Below, piece by piece: positions 58,049 to 64,000 of a stretch of DNA of 64,000 nucleotides; the stretch's first letter is position 1; the number at the start of each line of letters is the position of its first letter. Under the pieces are notes generated by a model. It was not told the origin of the DNA, did not search any database, and was given only the letters and a program-made list of their open reading frames with translations. The position numbers were made by a program, and so were the translations under genes. Source of the DNA: Candidatus Poribacteria bacterium (lineage in GTDB: Bacteria; Poribacteria; WGA-4E; PCPOR2b); assembly GCA_965208675.1 (NCBI GenBank), contig OZ242351.1, positions 3,296,001 through 3,360,000 on the forward strand, given 5' to 3'.

Positions 58049-60202
58049 TCACACATTGCTCATGAAGAAATATTCCAGCTGTTCGATGGGGGTTTCCAAC
58101 CGAGCCGGCATCAGCTCGCTGACAAGCGATCGAAGTTGCTTTTCCCCGCCCGGAATTGTATGCAACTGCAAGTTTTGCATATTGAGGTAGTGCTGAAGTT
58201 GTTGGATAAGAAATGTCTGCAACCCGTTCCCTGATTCGTGCAGTTGGGATGGAAGCAGTGCCGGGACACAAATGCCGCTGATAAAGGTCTCAATGAGTTG
58301 GGTATACTCATCAAGTTGTTGCGCAATCTGACGGTATTCCTGAGCGGCATTTTCGCGTATCTGCTTGTTAAAATCTGCCACATCGCGCCGTACAAGTTGG
58401 ACGTACTCTTCGTTCCACTCATTTTCAATGTATTGCCTATTGTTGGTGCAAATTCCTTTTAATTCCCCGGTAATTTGCATGAGGCGATTCGAAGTTGTGT
58501 TCTTTATAGTCTTATCAATTTCAGCCGCTAGTTGGGCGAGTGTCCCGATGAATTCTAGTTCAAAAGCCCTGATATCGCCCGTTGGTTCGTCTTTCATCAA
58601 TTCCACAAGCAGATTGGAAATATCATGTAACGCACGGGACTGCTTCAGATGAAGCAGCACAAGTATGTAGCTTGACTTTCCCAAGCTCAATGCAACATCG
58701 TAGGAAGAAAAGGAAGTCTGGTTTTGAATGTCGTGAACTTCTTTTTGGGATTTGAGCAATTGTTCATAATAACTCTCTTGCTCGCCTTGAATAGCGGAGT
58801 AAGTGCCGGTGTTTGGGACTTCAAACACTCTCTTTGTAAGAATTTCACGTTTGTCATTGATTTCGCGGTGCCGCTGCATTTCATCCGCATCTTCTAAGGC
58901 TTTGGCTAACGATTCGATAGTTGGGTGAAGCCGATCTATTTGTGCGCGAATCGGCGGATAGGCATCATAGCGCGCATCCGTTGTGATGTTTCGAATATTC
59001 CCGAGTACCTCGCCGAGTCTTTCTTCATACGCCTGATCTTCAAGCGGTGAATATATTGCTTCCTCCGCGTTCATGTCCTCCTCGGCCAGGAACATGTGCA
59101 TGAATCGATAAAAATGCTCAAGTTGATTATCTTGCAGCAAACTCGCCTCTACGTAGAAGCAGAGTTTATCTTTGATAATTGTGCAGCTATCAATCACTGA
59201 GGCGCGGTCCAGGCTCAATGCTGCCAAGCTAAGGTAAAAGAGATCTTCCTCAAGTTCGGCGAAGTGCTTTTCAAAAGCCAAAGCTATTTTTTCGTAAGCT
59301 TCATCAGAAATTGATTGATGCCGGTTTTGGTTGCCATCCGAACGATGAAAATCGCTAGCTTGTTGGCGGGTCTTCGTAATAATCAAAGGCGGATTGTCAT
59401 CCGCTGCGCGGCTAGAAGGTCTACGCATCGACGATTCCTGATTATAAATATTAAGAGCAGCTTGATAGTGGCGCAGCAATTCGCCGTTACCGAGTTCAAT
59501 CAGCAGCGACTCGATTGTGTTTTTCGGATCGAGGGCAATTCCCTCCTGCGCAAGCAATCTGTTAGATAAAGCAGCAAACCCTTCGCCGCCCAAATTCCGG
59601 AATGGGCGCAGCAGAAATGCGCGTCCATCTTCAATGTAGATCTTTTGCTTGCCCAGTGGAAAGCGGTTCTTGATGTGACCTCTTTCGTTATCGAACCAGA
59701 TTTCCATGGGGAAAGCATTGTTGTAGACCTGAAAATTGATGGTGCCTTCCAGTAACCGATCGAACAAATCTCGGCGGATGTGCTCAAGGTCATTAACATC
59801 AATAAGAATCATCGAAGCGTTATCGTTCGTATGCAGATTTGCATCAATGATTTTGTCGTTTGGAACCAAATAACGCCGTTCGAAAAAATGAATGCCCGTA
59901 ACATTATCGTTCGTAATGGCAAGCCTTGGTATATCATACTCATCATAATAATAATATGATTTCCAACTAAGCGCACGCCGTCTCATCTTCTCAAACAACT
60001 GGAAAGAGAGACGTTGTTTGACTTTTCTTTCACGCTTCGGCACGGATTCTGCCTGATACGGAACAAGTGCACCCTTTGTATCAGGAACCTGTAAACTGAG
60101 TTGTGGCAGCGATGAAGTTTTTTTCTTACTTGGTAGGCGGGTTAGCGCTTTATCAAGATATTCATTCCAATCGATCATCTTCATCTCCTTATACAACATC
60201 AT
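58049..60202 (-). CDS. Hypothetical protein (717 aa, helical C-terminal half)
   Basis: Long ORF with an RBS AAGGAG near the start (true start may be a nearby downstream ATG). No motif recognised. Confidence 0.8.
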   Translation of the reverse strand: MMLYKEMKMIDWNEYLDKALTRLPSKKKTSSLPQLSLQVPDTKGALVPYQAESVPKRERKVKQRLSFQLFEKMRRRALSWKSYYYYDEYDIPRLAITNDNVTGIHFFERRYLVPNDKIIDANLHTNDNASMILIDVNDLEHIRRDLFDRLLEGTINFQVYNNAFPMEIWFDNERGHIKNRFPLGKQKIYIEDGRAFLLRPFRNLGGEGFAALSNRLLAQEGIALDPKNTIESLLIELGNGELLRHYQAALNIYNQESSMRRPSSRAADDNPPLIITKTRQQASDFHRSDGNQNRHQSISDEAYEKIALAFEKHFAELEEDLFYLSLAALSLDRASVIDSCTIIKDKLCFYVEASLLQDNQLEHFYRFMHMFLAEEDMNAEEAIYSPLEDQAYEERLGEVLGNIRNITTDARYDAYPPIRAQIDRLHPTIESLAKALEDADEMQRHREINDKREILTKRVFEVPNTGTYSAIQGEQESYYEQLLKSQKEVHDIQNQTSFSSYDVALSLGKSSYILVLLHLKQSRALHDISNLLVELMKDEPTGDIRAFELEFIGTLAQLAAEIDKTIKNTTSNRLMQITGELKGICTNNRQYIENEWNEEYVQLVRRDVADFNKQIRENAAQEYRQIAQQLDEYTQLIETFISGICVPALLPSQLHESGNGLQTFLIQQLQHYLNMQNLQLHTIPGGEKQLRSLVSELMPARLETPIEQLEYFFMSNV

Positions 60203-60569
60203 GTGGGCATTGATGTTGATAATTTGGCATGTGATGCTGAATCTATAGGGAGTTGGCGCCTAGAAGTAGAGCGTACGTGAGAAATTACTGAAAGAGCTTT
60301 TGACAATTAGCCACTCAAAATGTGGTTTCAATTTATGGCAAAATGGTGTATAATGCTAGATTGAGGGTTGCTTAATGGCGTATAACGTAAGGGGAAACCC
60401 GACCTTAAAATTTCAAGATTTGGCGTCGTAGGACAAATCAATTCGGCAAGTATGATGATTTATTATTGAGTTTGCTGCACTCGTCAATTTCCAAGTATTT
60501 TCGCCGAATAGATTAAAATAGCATGCCGGTGGCTGTTCAAACACCTTACATATTGTAGCATAGCTCCAC

Positions 60570-61556
60570 ATGGAAGAAAAGAAAAATAAATCCATCGTCG
60601 GTCGTTACCAGCAATTAGTAATGAGTTACGATCCATCTGTAGTAACATTGCCTTCGGAGGAAGATTTGAAGAAGGCACTGTTACTGTTAGATTTGTTGGC
60701 TGGGGACTTCGAAAAATCCATCGGCTTTCTGAATCAATTGGAACACTTTGCTTCCGCGCCTCTCGATTTCAAGACATTTCAAAGGAAGATGACGGATCTC
60801 ATAGAAGGTACCAGAGAAATTACTGAGCGAGCACTCGATAATTACCACTACCTTACAGGCAATCTCAAGGACATTTATACTATTTTTACACAAACCGTTG
60901 AATCGGAAAATGCCATCGGTGAAACTCATGAAAGTATAAATGCGCGGTTTAGATTTTGGATGCACTCAGTTCGGACTGAAAATGCAGGCGAAGGGGAAAT
61001 CTCAAAAGAAATACGAGCCTTTTCTGAATTTATCCAGTTGCTGTCAAATGAACAATCGGGGTATGCCTATTTTTTATCTCCCCTTGGGGGAACGCACGTA
61101 CTCATCTGCCAGAGTGCCCCTCTTGAAAGTAGTTCAGAGCAGTTTGAGCTCCATTTTTCCACCTACGTGGAAGCGCCGGGCGCTCCTTTTAAAAATTTAA
61201 AACGGGCATGGAACAAAATGTGCAGCGCCGCCAATAAGAGGGTTTACCATCTTTTCCGCGACTCACCCCCAAGCCCTACGATTGGAACATTCAAAGAGCG
61301 ATTGTCGGTTTCCATCCCGCCCTATACACCGCATCGCTACAATCACGCGGAGCAACTTACCAAGATTATCTATGACTTCATCAACGTTTACGGCGTTGAC
61401 GCACGACGTCATGTCCACCTGTTGAGCCACGATGATAAATTTGCCGTTTTCACGACCGATAGTCCAATACGGTTCGATGGACGATTTGTTGACCTAGCGG
61501 ATGTTGATACTGCTAGCGAATTACTTGGAGGCGACTACCGCGTTATTATTGAATAA
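60570..61556 (+). CDS. Hypothetical cytoplasmic protein
   Basis: 328-aa ORF divergent from 60202. No motif recognised. Confidence 0.75.
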   Translation: MEEKKNKSIVGRYQQLVMSYDPSVVTLPSEEDLKKALLLLDLLAGDFEKSIGFLNQLEHFASAPLDFKTFQRKMTDLIEGTREITERALDNYHYLTGNLKDIYTIFTQTVESENAIGETHESINARFRFWMHSVRTENAGEGEISKEIRAFSEFIQLLSNEQSGYAYFLSPLGGTHVLICQSAPLESSSEQFELHFSTYVEAPGAPFKNLKRAWNKMCSAANKRVYHLFRDSPPSPTIGTFKERLSVSIPPYTPHRYNHAEQLTKIIYDFINVYGVDARRHVHLLSHDDKFAVFTTDSPIRFDGRFVDLADVDTASELLGGDYRVIIE

Positions 61557-62003
61557 ATCGCAAGGCGTGGATATTCATCTCCAACACAAATTGGTGCTAA
61601 CCGCCAGTTTTTCAGTATTAGCGATAATCCTCCAGTATTTTACTACTCAAATAAAACCCCAAGACATTGGAGACATCGAAAATACGCTACTTGCAGCTAC
61701 ATTACCCAGCCTTTAAAAGCAATTACCTAGCATGTAACGAAATCCAAGCGGCGTTTCTTCCCAAGTACAAATCGTACCATCGCGGAGTCGCAAGAACAGG
61801 AGGCTTCCAGCGTTCAATGGTCTTGACACAGGATGGATATCCGTGTAAAATAACAACAACCTTTTTTGATTCTCCTTAGAGACTTGTCTTCGTCGAAGGG
61901 CAAGCCATACAAATTTGCAAATGCACGGCTGATAACTAACCAATCATTGTTAAAAATATGCACAGCAGCAGGTTTAAACACCGTAAGAGGGAGGTGACAA
62001 TCT

Positions 62004-63023
62004 GTGCAAACTCGAAAAATCAACTCAACGGTTGTGTTCATTGGTGTGCTGTTTTTGTCCAGCGCCGCTGTGTTAATGATTGCTCAAGCGCAAGCCCCTA
62101 TACGTTCAACCATTGCCGTTGCTACTTCGGGAGCGGATGGATTCGGAATCTTTATCGTGGATCCGAAGAGACCCCATGGCGGTGCAGAGCAACTCCTTGA
62201 AATTGAAGGAGACCCCATTCCCGGTGGATTGGAATGGTCCCCGGACGGCACCAAGATAGCTTTCCATACCCAAGTTGGACAGAATATAGATGTTTTCATT
62301 GTCAATGGACACGGGGATGGGCTCAAAAAACTGACCGACCATGAAGCCGAAGATAGCTGGCCCGCATGGCACCCGAGCGGTCAAAAGCTGGCATTCACGA
62401 CCAATCGCGACGGCAACCTGGAGATTTACACAATGACATCTTCCGGGGTAGTTATCGAAAACCTAACAAACGATCCCGCGCCAGACAAAAATCCCGCGTG
62501 GTCCCCAAATGGTCGTAGTATAGCTTTCGCTTCCAAGCGCGGCCGTACTATCTCTGATGTCTGGATAATGGATTCCGCAGGAGCAAACCCGCAGAATCTG
62601 ACCAATCACAAGGGAGAAGATATTGAACCCTCGTGGTCGTGGGACGGACATAAGATTGCCTTCACGACCCGCCGGTTTGGATCCGGGCGCGCCATGACAA
62701 TGGCCCCTGATGGCGGCAACCTGCTCAAGATTTCGGGACCGGACGTTGAGCGAAGAGATCCCGAGTTTTCACCGGATGGTAAAGAAATCGCTACTGTGTG
62801 GTTCGGCGGCGGCCAGACACGTCTGGATATATATTCAAGTGACGGCAAGCACGCGGATGCCGACCAACATGGGCCGCCGGTGTGGGATATCATAGATCTC
62901 GGGTTCCCGAGTGCAGGGCCGGCTTGGTTTGACCCCGACTTTGTGGTGCCATTCTCCGTTGCTCCTACGGACAAACGCCCTTTGAGCTGGGGTTGGCTTA
63001 AGAGCGCAGGAATAGAGAAATAA
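62004..63023 (+). CDS. TolB-like PD40 beta-propeller protein, exported
   Basis: RBS GGGAGG, signal peptide, WSPDG repeats and C-terminal VAPTDKRPLSWGWLK. Confidence 0.9.
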   Translation: MQTRKINSTVVFIGVLFLSSAAVLMIAQAQAPIRSTIAVATSGADGFGIFIVDPKRPHGGAEQLLEIEGDPIPGGLEWSPDGTKIAFHTQVGQNIDVFIVNGHGDGLKKLTDHEAEDSWPAWHPSGQKLAFTTNRDGNLEIYTMTSSGVVIENLTNDPAPDKNPAWSPNGRSIAFASKRGRTISDVWIMDSAGANPQNLTNHKGEDIEPSWSWDGHKIAFTTRRFGSGRAMTMAPDGGNLLKISGPDVERRDPEFSPDGKEIATVWFGGGQTRLDIYSSDGKHADADQHGPPVWDIIDLGFPSAGPAWFDPDFVVPFSVAPTDKRPLSWGWLKSAGIEK

Positions 63024-63145
63024 TCTCTTTTAGTGAGGAATATTTCAACAGCAATTAATTGCGTGCGAAGAGATGCCAAAACATCTTGGACCAATATTGA
63101 CGCTCCTGCATTGAATTGGTGTAAATCATCTTGGGAGGTTGACTT

Positions 63146-64000
63146 ATGCAAGTGCGGAAAGTAGATTTGAAATGCTTGATTGCTATGGGTGTGCTTTTCT
63201 TGAGCGGCTTCACCGCATTGATGATTGCTCAAGCACAAGCCCCCCATCGTTCAACCATTGCGATTGCCACATCTGGAGTGGAAGGATTCGGAATTTTTCT
63301 GCTCGATCCTCAGAAACCAGCAGCTGCTGCAGAACATCTCCTTGAAGTTAAAGGAGACCCCATCCCCGGTGGACTGGAGTGGTCGCCGGATGGTAATAAG
63401 ATTGCTTTCCATACCCAAATTGGTCAGAATATAGAAATCTTCGTGGTCGATGGTGATGGGAACGGTCTCAGACAGCTCACCGACCATGAGGCGGAAGATA
63501 GTTGGCCCGCTTGGCATCCGAGCGGCCAAAAGCTGGCATTCACGAGTAGCCGGGATGGCAACCTGGAAATCTACACCATGACAATGGGTGGAGAAATTAT
63601 CGCTAACCTAACGAACGATCCGGCTCCAGATAAAAATCCCGCTTGGTCGCCGAATGGCCGCAATATTGCTTTTACTACCAAGCGTGGGCGGACGCTGGCA
63701 GATATCTGGCTGATGGACTCTGCGGGAGGCAACCTAAAAAATCTGACCAACCACAAGGGCGAGGACCTTACCCCCTCGTGGTCGTGGGACGGCGAGAAGA
63801 TTGCTTTTACGACGCGGCGGTTTGGCGCCGGCCGTACGATGCGGATGGACGCCGATGGCGAGAATCTGTTGAAGATTTCCGCGCGTCAAGTGCCGCGGTT
63901 AGACCCTGAGTTTTCCCCGGATGGAAAAGAAATAGCGAACGTATGGTTTGGAGGCGGCCAGACACGCCTCCATATATGGCCAAGCGACGGCGGGCTTGCC
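63146..64000 (+). CDS. TolB-like PD40 protein, tandem paralog, runs off the window
   Basis: ATG 63146 after GGGAGG. MQVRKVDLK...AQAQAPHRSTIAIATSG is colinear with 62004..63023. Missing from the ORF track because no stop lies in the window. Confidence 0.88.
   Translation, partial: MQVRKVDLKCLIAMGVLFLSGFTALMIAQAQAPHRSTIAIATSGVEGFGIFLLDPQKPAAAAEHLLEVKGDPIPGGLEWSPDGNKIAFHTQIGQNIEIFVVDGDGNGLRQLTDHEAEDSWPAWHPSGQKLAFTSSRDGNLEIYTMTMGGEIIANLTNDPAPDKNPAWSPNGRNIAFTTKRGRTLADIWLMDSAGGNLKNLTNHKGEDLTPSWSWDGEKIAFTTRRFGAGRTMRMDADGENLLKISARQVPRLDPEFSPDGKEIANVWFGGGQTRLHIWPSDGGLA

Overview
This is a bacterial chromosomal window of moderate GC. The protein families suggest Candidatus Poribacteria (inference, not a database result): PD40/TolB propellers with a 'KLxTTWGxVK'-type tail, an Ig/LRR/zincin surface protein, and REP-rich intergenic DNA. 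In order, the window holds: 5'-truncated uvrB; a rubredoxin-like gene; an M16 peptidase pair; mlaE-mlaF-mlaD directly followed by a serine palmitoyltransferase-like gene and a bacterial ceramide synthase-like GNAT gene; a beta-propeller/PP2C sensor divergent from a BNR-repeat glycoside hydrolase; a zincin-Ig-LRR surface protein; a PAS kinase/NtrC pair with enhancer-like sites and a sigma54 promoter before a CcdA-fusion/FGE/orphan operon; a glycan locus (ArnT-like, three GT2, fcl-like, epimerase, hddA, TPP E1 alpha/beta, ColD-like, wzx); tandem PD40 proteins; tpiA-secG; an Fe(III) ABC permease; an SLT-like gene interrupted by an in-frame TAG; two orphans; and a second PD40 pair. The strongest unexplained signal is a 33-nt dispersed element (9 full and 2 truncated copies). 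Its variable bases covary to keep a hairpin with tandem G.A pairs, and it occurs nested in itself, inside REP-like repeats, and in frame at a gene start. The second is the spt-cerS pair linked to an MCE transporter, a candidate sphingolipid synthesis and export unit. No tRNA, rRNA, CRISPR array or transposase was seen.
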